Assembly: GCA_002791275.1 (NCBI GenBank)
Contig: PFWT01000009.1
Location: 146,548 to 210,547, forward strand
Reading direction: 5' to 3'
Origin: Candidatus Uhrbacteria bacterium CG_4_9_14_3_um_filter_41_35
GTDB taxonomy: Bacteria > Patescibacteriota > Patescibacteriia > UBA9934
DNA: 64,000 nucleotides
This document shows, piece by piece, positions 19,672 to 29,498 of this stretch. A program made the translations under genes and the position numbers. Under the pieces are notes generated by a model, which did not search any database, was not told where the DNA came from, and saw only the letters and a list, made by a program, of their open reading frames with translations. Numbering within the stretch: position 1 is the first letter of the stretch; each line of letters starts with the position of its first letter.

Positions 19672-20190
19672 TTATCTAACAGCACTAATTGCTGTTGTAT
19701 TCTCTGACTCACAAGCGCCAACTGTAAGTGTGCCGTTTGCGTTCTTTGTAAGTGTGTAACCGGTTGTAACCGCATCCCAAGTCGCAAGCCCGTTTGGACT
19801 TACAGGTACAGCTCCAAGGTAACCCTGCGTTACGAGTGTAGTTAGATCAACACCACTGGTAGCACTAGTAACATTCACATCACAGTTTGTGTTGTTAACA
19901 TTGCAAGTTGTAGTACAGGTACCGATCATATAAACGTTACCAGCGATTAGCGCAGTAATAGCTGCGTCGTAGTCGCCACCATTGTCGACCTGATCGATTT
20001 TAGCTGCGTGCAAAACCTGAGTTACATCTGAGCTTCGTCGTGCGTCTCGTGCATCTCTGAATCGAGTTGCAGGGTCAAGAGCAACGAATACAATACCCGC
20101 CAAAATCGCGATAATCACAATCACGATTAAGAGCTCGAGCAGTGTAAAACCTTGTTCTGAATCTTTTAAGTTTTTAATCTTATTAATCAT
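19672..20190 (-). CDS. type IV pilin (candidate major pilin)
   Basis: Leader followed by the G|FTLLELLIVIVIIAILAG class III signal (E at +5). Cys pairs in the C-terminal domain and a strong terminator downstream. The ORF track extends the N-terminus to 20253. Confidence 0.7.
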   Translation of the reverse strand: MINKIKNLKDSEQGFTLLELLIVIVIIAILAGIVFVALDPATRFRDARDARRSSDVTQVLHAAKIDQVDNGGDYDAAITALIAGNVYMIGTCTTTCNVNNTNCDVNVTSATSGVDLTTLVTQGYLGAVPVSPNGLATWDAVTTGYTLTKNANGTLTVGACESENTTAISAVR

Positions 20191-20255
20191 ATTTTTAATT
20201 ATATTTAAATCTATTATATCAAACTTGACGTATATATCTAACAACCTGTGCACAA

Positions 20256-21242
20256 TTAAATAAAATTGTGATCTTTGCGGTATTTGTGCTTTTTCACCGA
20301 TCTTAAAGCAGCACCGATTGCCGAGCCGTAAATTTGCAATTCTTTTTCGCTTATATTAGGGATACTAATAACCGAACCTATGCGAATTACCTTACTATTC
20401 TTAATACTTTTATCACACAGTTCCGCAACATTTGGTTGCCCCCCTTCTACACCCGCAAATATAATAAATGGAATCGAGTAACCTGAATCACTAAAAAATT
20501 TATGTGCTTCCTTAATAGCTCCGCAAATTTTTAGAAGAACTTCTTTAGTAATCAGTTTAGTCTTACCACCACTTTTGTCAGCAAGCTTTCGGATTGCAAT
20601 AGATCTAGAAAAAACCGTAGCCCCGGCAATATCGTAAACTGTAATATTCGTCCACCTATGGCCAACATCCACAATCATTATCATCTGCGTATCTTCGGTA
20701 ATTGAAAATTCGTTTAGAACAAAATGGGCATAAAGTCTATCTACCGCCTTATTATTCGACTCAATAGCCACTAGCGGAAATTGCTCACTGGCAAATACTG
20801 TCTGAAGTGAATTCAAAATATCTTTCTCTACAGCCAGAACAGTATTCCTCACCCCTTCGCTTACCTTCGCTCCATCTTCAAAAGCAATAAATGCGTCCTT
20901 AAAAGGCATTGGAATATCCTCTTGTCCGCCTTCGATCATTTTAGCTTTTTTCTCCTCCTTTAACAGTTTTTCAGAAGACATTATAAAACTTGTTGAAAAA
21001 ACTCTTGATTCTGGGACTAAAATCGTAGTGTCTGCAGTTATATCTTGAATGCCGGACTTTACTAAAAGTTTCTTGATCTGTTCCTTGAGTTCCTTTGGTT
21101 TTTCAATTTTATCGTCAACAATGTAGCCTGGCGACAAGACAAGCTCATAAAGACCAACAGGTATTCCACTGTGGTTTACGTAGGCAATTCTAATATGGTG
21201 ATCCGAAACGTCAATTCCGATTCCTGATGAAAGTAATGGCAT
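20256..21242 (-). CDS. pilM: type IV pilus assembly protein PilM-like (actin/FtsA-like ATPase fold)
   Basis: GIGIDVSDHHIRIAYV N-terminus, a C-terminal IYGSAIGAALR and its position within the pilus operon. Confidence 0.55.
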   Translation of the reverse strand: MPLLSSGIGIDVSDHHIRIAYVNHSGIPVGLYELVLSPGYIVDDKIEKPKELKEQIKKLLVKSGIQDITADTTILVPESRVFSTSFIMSSEKLLKEEKKAKMIEGGQEDIPMPFKDAFIAFEDGAKVSEGVRNTVLAVEKDILNSLQTVFASEQFPLVAIESNNKAVDRLYAHFVLNEFSITEDTQMIMIVDVGHRWTNITVYDIAGATVFSRSIAIRKLADKSGGKTKLITKEVLLKICGAIKEAHKFFSDSGYSIPFIIFAGVEGGQPNVAELCDKSIKNSKVIRIGSVISIPNISEKELQIYGSAIGAALRSVKKHKYRKDHNFI

Positions 21243-21243
21243 A

Positions 21244-21714
21244 TTAAATTTCTTCCCAATTTGTAATTAAAACATTAATTGCATTTCCAAAATTGTTATA
21301 AACCAGAGCTGTGTTGACAACTAGATTTCTTGTTATACCCGCAACTGTTACAGCAACCGTAATAAGTCTTGTGCTTCCCCCACCAGTTACAGTAACCGTA
21401 CACACACCATTTCCGATAGTTGTAATCGTTCCACCAGTATAACCAATATTGTCCTTCAGTCTATAAATTGCCTCATCAACACAGGCTTCACCGATTTGAA
21501 TTGCCTGATGCGCCTGATCAGATTCTAGATTTAGCGAAAGTTCGTTTACACTAAATTTAGCAACAGCTAATCCAAGTGATAATGTCATTGCTAAAATTAC
21601 AACCACAACAAGTAGCGCAGCAACTCCGTGCTCATCTTTTTGGATAATCTTAAATTTATTTTTCAGGCTTTTCATCTGTTTAATTATAGAATTTTTCCTA
21701 GCGCACCACAACAC
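21244..21714 (-). CDS. PilX_N-domain minor pilin-like protein
   Basis: Hydrophobic N-segment GVAALLVVVVILAMTLSLGLAV followed by AHQAIQIGEACVDEAIYRL. An internal Met at 21675 is an alternative start. Confidence 0.45.
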   Translation of the reverse strand: MLWCARKNSIIKQMKSLKNKFKIIQKDEHGVAALLVVVVILAMTLSLGLAVAKFSVNELSLNLESDQAHQAIQIGEACVDEAIYRLKDNIGYTGGTITTIGNGVCTVTVTGGGSTRLITVAVTVAGITRNLVVNTALVYNNFGNAINVLITNWEEI

Positions 21715-22240
21715 TTGTTTGCATAGAGGTTGAGGTATTTATTAATACTCCTGATTTATCGCGCCACTCCAGTGTGAGATCTATTTTAATATTTGTTGTT
21801 CTGCCCGGAACACTTAGATCCGTGAAGACTAGACTGGTGACATTAACTAGGTCCGAACTTATGTTCATCGGCGCGCCAGCTCCCTGCTGAATGCGAACTA
21901 CACCGCCCACAACATCAAAAACTGTTGGGTCCAAACTCCCGGTATTATTCACGAGCGAAAGAACGCCGGGATTTACGCCAAAACTTGAAGTTGTGAAATT
22001 AACATCGTTTGCCGACTTAATTTCGCGCGCAATTTTTTCCATTATGAACCGACCATTTTGACTAACTTCGTGCATAGTTCTCGCCTTTTGACCGCTTTGG
22101 ACAACGCTAACAGTGAAGCCAATCATACTAGTAAAAAAGACGGAAATAATCGCAAGATATATAATCAATTCCACTAAAGTATTACCTTTTGTATTCGATC
22201 TTATCTTTTTTAGACCAGAACTTATAGCAAGAACATTCAT
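21698..22240 (-). CDS. type IV minor pilin (prepilin N-terminal domain)
   Basis: KG|NTLVELIIYLAIISVFF prepilin-type signal with a Glu at the conserved +5 position. 180 aa. Confidence 0.55.
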   Translation of the reverse strand: MNVLAISSGLKKIRSNTKGNTLVELIIYLAIISVFFTSMIGFTVSVVQSGQKARTMHEVSQNGRFIMEKIAREIKSANDVNFTTSSFGVNPGVLSLVNNTGSLDPTVFDVVGGVVRIQQGAGAPMNISSDLVNVTSLVFTDLSVPGRTTNIKIDLTLEWRDKSGVLINTSTSMQTSVVVR

Positions 22241-22241
22241 A

Positions 22242-25200
22242 TTATTTATAAGTTACGGTGATGTCATTAAATAGCGGTGGAGTAAGCGCACCTGTTGATG
22301 TAATAATCACCCGGTACTGGAAGTAGCGACCAGTTTGACCAGCCAAACTCACACCATCTGCGGTTGTGTAATCCGGTGAAAAAACTGACCAAGTACCATC
22401 AATAACCGGCGAATTTCCACTCCGCACCGCTACGGTAATTTCTGAATTAGCCGGCAAAGTTTCACTCCACGAGAGTGTGTCCCAAACATTTGAAGCAACG
22501 TCGCTGTCAAAAATTATTGATGTGTAAGTCCCGAGTCCTCCCACGGAACCAGCACCACCACCGATAATTTGCTCAAGATGCATAAAGAGTCCAGCATCAC
22601 CTACAATCCAACCATTACCCGAACTTGTCATTGAGATGTCGTTCAAATTAGTGGTAACCGGTGAAGTAAAGAGCGCCCAAGAGATGCCCTTGTACTGAAT
22701 TAAGGCTCCGGCATCCCCAACTGCCCAGCCGTCATCGAAAGCTGTTAAATTGATCGCATTAAGATTTGCAACTGTTGGTGAAGTATCCGTTGTCCAAGTT
22801 GTCCCGTTATAGATGAGGATCGTACCAGTTGCACCAACCGCCCAACCATCGGTGGCCGAAACCATATAGATATCGTTCAGTTGATTGCCAGTTGGCGATG
22901 TTACAGTGCTCCAGTTTGAACCATTGTAGTGAATAATGGTACCGCCTGCCCCCACTGCCCAAATATCGCCAGGACCAACCGCATAAACAGCCTGTAGGTT
23001 TTGTATTGTTGGTGAAGTAGTCAATACCCAATTTACACCGTTAAAATGTAAAATTATACCGCCGTTACCCACTGCCCAAGCATCCGCCGTATCTATTACA
23101 TCAACTGCGGTTAGATTGTTTACAGTTGGTGAAGACATTGTGGTCCAAACCCCCGTATCATTTTTTACAATCGTACCATTATCACCTACGGCAAAACCTG
23201 TTGTTTCATTAAAGAAATCAACCGCGTTCACGTTAACTGTTACTGGCGACGCGTCCACATCCCAAGCGGTACCAGCGTAACTATTGAGCGACCCTAGGTT
23301 GGCCACTGAGAAACCGACCGTATCTGAAACTAAATGAATACCATTGATATTTTCAGTTGTTGGGTTGTTGTAGCTAATTTTTATTGAGTCTAGGCTTGGC
23401 GTAATGCTTTGATTCAAGGTACTTAAAGTAACTTCATACTGCAGATACTGACCATTTAGCGAAGCAATTACTTCACCGTTTGGATTGGTATACGCACCAG
23501 CAAACGCTGACCAGCTACCGTCTGGTACTGGTGTTGCGCCAGTCCGAGTGTTAATCACAACATCCACTGCCCCCTGACCAATATCTTCAACCCAAGAAAT
23601 ATAATCCCAGTGAGTGTTTGGATCTAGACTGTTGATTATCGGAGAAGTGTAGGTACCGGTTAAGAAGTAAAGTCCTGTGTAGTGCACAAAGGTTGAACTC
23701 AGACCTCCGGCCCAGATATCGCTGCTATCCGCGATCGAAACTGAGTTAAGATCTGTCCCCGTTGGTGAACTCGCTTGTGTCCAAGTTAACCCGTCCCACT
23801 TTAAAATAACTCCATTGTCTCCCACAATCCAGCCATCAGTCGCCGAAACCATTTCGACATCCTGAAGCTCACTATTCGTTGGCGACGCCACATTTGACCA
23901 ACTTGTTCCGTCGTAGTGCATAATCGTGCCACTGCGACCAACTACCCAACCGTCTGTTGCAGAAATGAAATTGATAGCATTTAAGTTTTGACTCGTTGGT
24001 GTGCTCATTGAAGACCAGTTTGAACCGTTCCAATGCAGAATTCGACCACTTCGACCTGCAATATAACCATCTGTAGCCGAGATCATACTAACATCATTTA
24101 AACTACTACTGGTGCCTGAGTTAACTAAGGACCAAGAAATACCGTCATACGAAAGGATTTTTCCATTTTTTCCAACAGCCACTCCAAACGAGGAGCTGAC
24201 CATATCAACATCATAAAGTGTTTGTGAGGTTGGTGAAGTTGCAATTGTCCAGACCGAACCATTGTTTACTAAAATCTGACCCTCTTCACCCACCGCCCAA
24301 CCTTCGGTTGCTGATGCAAAATCAACTCCGTACATTTGTTTTTGTGTTGGAGAATTGATTTGCGACCAGCCATTATTTTCGTATTTAAACATTGCACCGT
24401 TTCGTCCCACAGCCCAACCAGTTGAACTATTAATCATACAAATATCTTCCACCGTATCGTTTCCAAGTTCAGCTGTGTAGTCACTCCAGTATGTTGGAAT
24501 AAAGTAGGTTGTTGCTGTCCAAACTGTACCATCATAATTTGCCACCATTCCATTTGCGCCAACCGCAAAGCCGGAAGAAGTGTTTTGCATTTTTACTCCA
24601 ATAAAATCCTCAGTCGTAAGCGTGGTAACTGTGTACCAATTACTTCCGTTATAGTGAAGTATCGTCCCTGAGTCACCAACAGCCCAAACATCATTTGTAG
24701 CAATAGCATATACGCCACGTAAATCATCATGAGTTGGTGTGTTTACACTCGACCACGAAGACCCGTTCCAGTGCCGAGCCGTGCCATTATCCCCAACAGC
24801 CCAACCGTCATTCGCCGAAATAAAGTACACATCTCTAAGTTTCTGTGAGGTGCCGCTTGAAACGTTTGACCAACTATTACCGTTCCAATGAATTATTTGA
24901 CCACTCTCACCAACAGCCCAACCATCTGTTGTTGAAAGCATATAAACTGCTGCGAAGTTTCTAGATGTTGGTGAGGAGATTTTTGACCAAGAATTGCCAT
25001 TGTACCGTAAAATTGTTCCATCCTCGCCAACTGCCATACCAAAACTTGAACTTACCATTGAAACACTTGCCAGATCTTCTGAGGTTGGCGAAGAAACCGT
25101 GCTCCAGGTTCCATTATAATTCAAAATCGTACCCGAATCACCAACCGCAAAGCCGTTATTTGAATCTATGAAATCAAGAGAATTTAAGTCACGAGTCGTT

Positions 25201-26885
25201 GGAGAAGATAAATCGATCCAATTTGTGCCGTTAAAATTTGCTATTGTACCAGAATCTCCAACACCCCAACCGCTTGTGTTACCAAGTATTTCAACACTGT
25301 TAAGATCATTTGAACCAGAGACGCCACTTGCACCTGTGCCGTCAAACAAACCAATCACCGGTATACTCGATCCCCCAACGAACCAGCCATTATTTTCGTC
25401 TAGCAGATAAACACTCTTTAGATCCTCACCAGTAACTGATGCCTGTGCTGTCCAGCTACTACCATTCCAGTGGAAAATATCCCCGTTATCACCAACCGCA
25501 ACACCAAAGTTAGCGCTCACCATTGATAAACCTCTTATATCAGGTGAACCTGAAATTTGCTGGCTAACCCACGAATTACCATTGTAAAAAATCATGGTTC
25601 CCGATCGACCTCCTGCCCAGACATGCGAGGCATCAACCGCATAAACCGTGTAAAGTCGTTGATTAATTGGATTTGATACCGAAATCCATAGAGAGCCATT
25701 CCAATTATACGTGTGCCCATTTCGATCAACGGCCCAAGCATTAGTTTCTGAAATTACTGAAACATCGTATAAATCAGAATTGGTACCAGAAGTAACCGCT
25801 GTCCAAACAGCTCCATTCCAGTGTTGAATTTCACCACCAGTTGCGACAATCCAGCCATCAGTCGGGCTTGAAAAATCTATCGCATTCAAATTTTTATTAC
25901 TTGCCGAGGGTATAGTACTCCAGCTAAGACCATTCCAGTGAAGTATTAGGCCGGAATCTCCAACCAACCAAACATCATTCACCGATTTAACATAAACTCC
26001 ATTTAAATCTGCAGTTACTCCACTTGCCACCTGAAACCAATTTGCACCATCCCACTTCAAAATTGAACCAGTATTTCCAACTGCATAGCCAAGATCTGCG
26101 GAACTCATGTGAATGTCATTTAACAAATCCGAGTTAGCAGCTGGCGGAGAAAATACTCCCCATTGTGGGGTATTGTTGAGTTCAATCGATGCTGTAGCTC
26201 CGGTTCTTGCTCGAACTGTGTCCGTGAAGGTTCCTGGATCAAAATCAAGATCGGTCGTATGAATTACCGACAGTCCTCCTCCAGGAATCCACCTGTCAAC
26301 GGCAAAGGATGTGTCTCCTGAAATTGTGAGTGATGCTGAATCGCCAGTGCCATTTATTACAATGTCCGTTGCCGTACCAGCGCTAAAATCAGTACTCGAA
26401 GTTTCGTGCCAATCAAAAACGTTCCAGTCGGTTAAATAAGTAACCGCCTGCACACTTCGCAGAGCGTTTCTGGCAGTCCAACTCACAACTGAAGTTACTT
26501 TTTTTGTACGCGGATCAATCTGCCCGCCGGTTGCCACGATATTATTATTCACATCCCGCTCAACACTTGAAATTGTAACCACACGAGTGTAAATATCAAC
26601 AATGTCATTTACACCACTAAACGCCCAGCTACCACCCGTGTTTGCCACGCCATGCGCACCGTCAATTAAGTTCAGCCAAGATTCATCGCGGATACTCCGA
26701 GCCGCTTCAAGTCCCTCCTGCGCTATAACCGTTGCCCGCACCTCTTCGTTACTGACGCCAAGCGAAACTAAACTATCAAGGAAAATTGTGCTCACAACCA
26801 AGGTTATGATACTAAAAATCGACATGGCAATAACTACTTCTGCCAAACTTTGACCTTTTTTATTTTTGAAAATTGAAGTAAACAT
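22242..26885 (-). CDS. giant prepilin-fused multi-beta-propeller protein (candidate pilus-associated adhesin)
   Basis: N-terminal KG|QSLAEVVIAMSIF prepilin signal. At least 26 tandem blades, each about 42 aa, with the motif t-SPT-x-DL-x-V-x(5)-GWAVGdsGtILhYNGsnWS, plus two copies of a roughly 90-aa non-repeat module. Translationally coupled to its flanking pilin genes. Confidence 0.85.
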   Translation of the reverse strand: MFTSIFKNKKGQSLAEVVIAMSIFSIITLVVSTIFLDSLVSLGVSNEEVRATVIAQEGLEAARSIRDESWLNLIDGAHGVANTGGSWAFSGVNDIVDIYTRVVTISSVERDVNNNIVATGGQIDPRTKKVTSVVSWTARNALRSVQAVTYLTDWNVFDWHETSSTDFSAGTATDIVINGTGDSASLTISGDTSFAVDRWIPGGGLSVIHTTDLDFDPGTFTDTVRARTGATASIELNNTPQWGVFSPPAANSDLLNDIHMSSADLGYAVGNTGSILKWDGANWFQVASGVTADLNGVYVKSVNDVWLVGDSGLILHWNGLSWSTIPSASNKNLNAIDFSSPTDGWIVATGGEIQHWNGAVWTAVTSGTNSDLYDVSVISETNAWAVDRNGHTYNWNGSLWISVSNPINQRLYTVYAVDASHVWAGGRSGTMIFYNGNSWVSQQISGSPDIRGLSMVSANFGVAVGDNGDIFHWNGSSWTAQASVTGEDLKSVYLLDENNGWFVGGSSIPVIGLFDGTGASGVSGSNDLNSVEILGNTSGWGVGDSGTIANFNGTNWIDLSSPTTRDLNSLDFIDSNNGFAVGDSGTILNYNGTWSTVSSPTSEDLASVSMVSSSFGMAVGEDGTILRYNGNSWSKISSPTSRNFAAVYMLSTTDGWAVGESGQIIHWNGNSWSNVSSGTSQKLRDVYFISANDGWAVGDNGTARHWNGSSWSSVNTPTHDDLRGVYAIATNDVWAVGDSGTILHYNGSNWYTVTTLTTEDFIGVKMQNTSSGFAVGANGMVANYDGTVWTATTYFIPTYWSDYTAELGNDTVEDICMINSSTGWAVGRNGAMFKYENNGWSQINSPTQKQMYGVDFASATEGWAVGEEGQILVNNGSVWTIATSPTSQTLYDVDMVSSSFGVAVGKNGKILSYDGISWSLVNSGTSSSLNDVSMISATDGYIAGRSGRILHWNGSNWSSMSTPTSQNLNAINFISATDGWVVGRSGTIMHYDGTSWSNVASPTNSELQDVEMVSATDGWIVGDNGVILKWDGLTWTQASSPTGTDLNSVSIADSSDIWAGGLSSTFVHYTGLYFLTGTYTSPIINSLDPNTHWDYISWVEDIGQGAVDVVINTRTGATPVPDGSWSAFAGAYTNPNGEVIASLNGQYLQYEVTLSTLNQSITPSLDSIKISYNNPTTENINGIHLVSDTVGFSVANLGSLNSYAGTAWDVDASPVTVNVNAVDFFNETTGFAVGDNGTIVKNDTGVWTTMSSPTVNNLTAVDVIDTADAWAVGNGGIILHFNGVNWVLTTSPTIQNLQAVYAVGPGDIWAVGAGGTIIHYNGSNWSTVTSPTGNQLNDIYMVSATDGWAVGATGTILIYNGTTWTTDTSPTVANLNAINLTAFDDGWAVGDAGALIQYKGISWALFTSPVTTNLNDISMTSSGNGWIVGDAGLFMHLEQIIGGGAGSVGGLGTYTSIIFDSDVASNVWDTLSWSETLPANSEITVAVRSGNSPVIDGTWSVFSPDYTTADGVSLAGQTGRYFQYRVIITSTGALTPPLFNDITVTYK

Positions 26886-27349
26886 TAGTTTCGGGTTATA
26901 GCTCCAGCTGGATTGACTAAGATTGTTTTTTTCTCCGCTGTTTCGTTTAATTCGACCGTAATCGTGGCCGGGGTCGAAGTGTTTCCGTGCGAATTATTAA
27001 ACAGCACATCTGCGCCCCCACCCTGAATTGTAATCTGAGACAAAGTTGTAGAATTTGGCAGGGTTGTTGTAACATTATCCGGAGCTCCTGGAATATAGGT
27101 AGTGCCTCGGTACAAAGTAAAATCATTAGCTGTAAAGTGCACACCCCAAACATCATTTTGACGACCATTCATAGTGTGCCACTCGGCGCGCCTCAGAGTA
27201 TCAACAACATCTGTTGAAACGTTTACTAAATCATTTCTGTTAACCGAAGAACTCATTACCAAGGCGCCAATCAAAACTATTATCGATGATAACGCGGTTA
27301 CTATCAGCGTTTCAAGTAAAGTAAAACCATGGTGATTTATGTTTTTCAT
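26885..27349 (-). CDS. type IV pseudopilin (GspH/FimT-like)
   Basis: HG|FTLLETLIVTALSSIIVLIG prepilin signal. Confidence 0.6.
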   Translation of the reverse strand: MKNINHHGFTLLETLIVTALSSIIVLIGALVMSSSVNRNDLVNVSTDVVDTLRRAEWHTMNGRQNDVWGVHFTANDFTLYRGTTYIPGAPDNVTTTLPNSTTLSQITIQGGGADVLFNNSHGNTSTPATITVELNETAEKKTILVNPAGAITRN

Positions 27350-27357
27350 AAGGATGA

Positions 27358-28512
27358 TTAAACACCCGACAAAATTGAATAAATTGGTGTCAGAATAGAC
27401 ATCGCCATAATCGCTACCACACCTCCAATAAATAGAAGCATAATCGGTTCCAAGATTGACGATAGGTTTTTTGACATCACCATCACCCGTTCTTCATAAT
27501 AATCAGCCAAAAACTCGAGTGTTGAACCTAAACTTGCAGATCTTTCACCAACCGCAACCATTCGCTGAATCATTTTTGGATATAGATCAGGGTACCGTTC
27601 AATAATTGCCGAAAATTCGCTACCGCCCGCTACCTGTTTCATCATATTCTTCACTGATTTTGCGTAAACGTAGTTTGGCATCACTCGCGAAGTAATATCG
27701 AGCGCCTCTTCGATCGCGGTTCCACTTTGCAGTAAGGTTCCAACAGTCCTACAAAAGCGAGCGCGATTGATAAGGTTTGTAAACACACCAACCACCGGGA
27801 TTGCTAAAAGTACTCTGTCAGTAATTGGACGCACCGCCTTTCGCCTTGAAAACCAAAGGAAAAACACGGTACCTCCGATTGAAGCTGGTACCACAATCGC
27901 GCCATAGGCCACGAAGAAATTTGAAACCCAGATCAAAATTCGGGTAGTAATCGGCAGTTCCACGTTCAAAGACTCGAAAATCTGGCTAACCTGTGGCAAC
28001 ACGAAAATTGCAATTCCAAAACCGAGCACAACTGCCATACTAAGTACCACGGAAGGATAAATCATAGCTGACTGCACATTTCGCTTTAAGCTAAGATCGC
28101 TCTCCATTTGTTTTGCTAAACGTTCAAGGTTTGCGTCGAGAGTCCCTGAGTTTTCTCCCACCTCCACAGCACTAATAAACGAAGCATCAAAAGTTTTCGA
28201 CTCAAATTTTAAAGCATCAGCAAAAGCTGAACCGCCCTGAACTCGACGATTTACCCGTTTTAACACCTTCTTGAGGGTCCCCACCGACTGCTCTGTGATT
28301 ACCTCAAGCGCTTCAGGCACCGAAAGACCAGCATTTAGCATAACCGCAAAGTGCTTCGAAACCATCGCTACATCGGTGGTTTTTACCTTACCTAAACTAA
28401 TTTCCGTCTTGTACCAAGGAAGTTTTCCTTCTTTTGCAACGACCCTGTTAAGGCTATTTTTTGTCGGACTATTATTCACTTTTTTTGTAATTGTTTTTGC
28501 CATATTATTCAA
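27358..28512 (-). CDS. pilC: type IV pilus platform protein PilC (GspF family)
   Basis: Two GspF-type repeats with 3 TM segments. Confidence 0.8.
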   Translation of the reverse strand: MNNMAKTITKKVNNSPTKNSLNRVVAKEGKLPWYKTEISLGKVKTTDVAMVSKHFAVMLNAGLSVPEALEVITEQSVGTLKKVLKRVNRRVQGGSAFADALKFESKTFDASFISAVEVGENSGTLDANLERLAKQMESDLSLKRNVQSAMIYPSVVLSMAVVLGFGIAIFVLPQVSQIFESLNVELPITTRILIWVSNFFVAYGAIVVPASIGGTVFFLWFSRRKAVRPITDRVLLAIPVVGVFTNLINRARFCRTVGTLLQSGTAIEEALDITSRVMPNYVYAKSVKNMMKQVAGGSEFSAIIERYPDLYPKMIQRMVAVGERSASLGSTLEFLADYYEERVMVMSKNLSSILEPIMLLFIGGVVAIMAMSILTPIYSILSGV

Positions 28513-29497
28513 TAATTCCGTCAGCTTGGAGTTGTTCTAAAACTTGTTTCATAGAAATCATTCCAAATTTTCGTCCGGTTTCGATAGCTGAACGTATAGT
28601 TGAAAGTTTGTTGTTTCTTATAGCATTCCTTACCGCCGAAGTTGAGGTTAAAATTTCCCTCGCAGCCATTCGTGTACCATCTTTCTTCATCACAAGGTGT
28701 TGCGATACAACCATTTTTAAGGCAGCTGATAGTTGAATTAAAATCTGTTGCTGCTTTGCGCCTTCAAAAACTCCCACAATTCTTTCTACAACTTCAGTGG
28801 CATTTGGCGAGTGAAGAGTTGATAAAACCAAGTGTCCAGTTTCCGCAGCTGTTAACGCTAGTTCAATAGTTTCCGGATCACGCATCTCGCCTATCACAAT
28901 TACATTCGGATCCTGCCTTAAAACGTGGCGTAAACCCGAGGCAAAAGTCTGAAAATCTGTCCCAAGCTCCCGTTGTTCAATAAGTGAATTACCTTTTTGA
29001 AAACGGTATTCAATCGGATCTTCGAGTGTAATAATGTGCTGTTTGTCAGTTTCATTGATGTGTTGAATCATTGTTGCAAGCGTAGTTGACTTTCCGGTTC
29101 CTGCCGGACCACTTAAAATAACCAGGCCACTTAGCTCACCGACAATATCTAAAATTTGCTGATCAAGTTCTATTTCTTCTGGCGTTGGCGGTTCGTTTGC
29201 AAAAATTCTTATTGAAAGCCCAAAACCGCCCGATTGTTTATGCGCATTAATTCGCAAAAATGTTTTACTCACTTCAAGACCAGTATCTACATCTCCAGTT
29301 TTCACCAATCTAGATTTTTGTTCAGCATTTAAAATTTTTCCCAGTATATTCTTTGCCTCAACCTGTGTAAAAATAGGCTTATCTATAACCGTCAGTTCAC
29401 CTTCAATTCGAAAATAAGGCGCTGATCCAACCACCAAGTGGATATCCGAGGCACCTTTCTTGAGCGCAAGTAATAGTATTTTTTTAAATTCCTCCAT
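28505..29497 (-). CDS. pilT: twitching-motility retraction ATPase PilT
   Basis: GPAGTGKSTT Walker A, VIVIGEMRD and 330-aa PilT-size ORF. Confidence 0.8.
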   Translation of the reverse strand: MEEFKKILLLALKKGASDIHLVVGSAPYFRIEGELTVIDKPIFTQVEAKNILGKILNAEQKSRLVKTGDVDTGLEVSKTFLRINAHKQSGGFGLSIRIFANEPPTPEEIELDQQILDIVGELSGLVILSGPAGTGKSTTLATMIQHINETDKQHIITLEDPIEYRFQKGNSLIEQRELGTDFQTFASGLRHVLRQDPNVIVIGEMRDPETIELALTAAETGHLVLSTLHSPNATEVVERIVGVFEGAKQQQILIQLSAALKMVVSQHLVMKKDGTRMAAREILTSTSAVRNAIRNNKLSTIRSAIETGRKFGMISMKQVLEQLQADGIIE

Positions 29498-29498
29498 A

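Noticed and set aside
22807-23031. Small ORFs overlapping the giant pilin-propeller gene (22807..23031 -, 24965..25171 +, 25168..25410 +, 26602..26853 +)
   Set aside because: They lie entirely inside a long, motif-rich ORF and are low-complexity translations of its repeat DNA.
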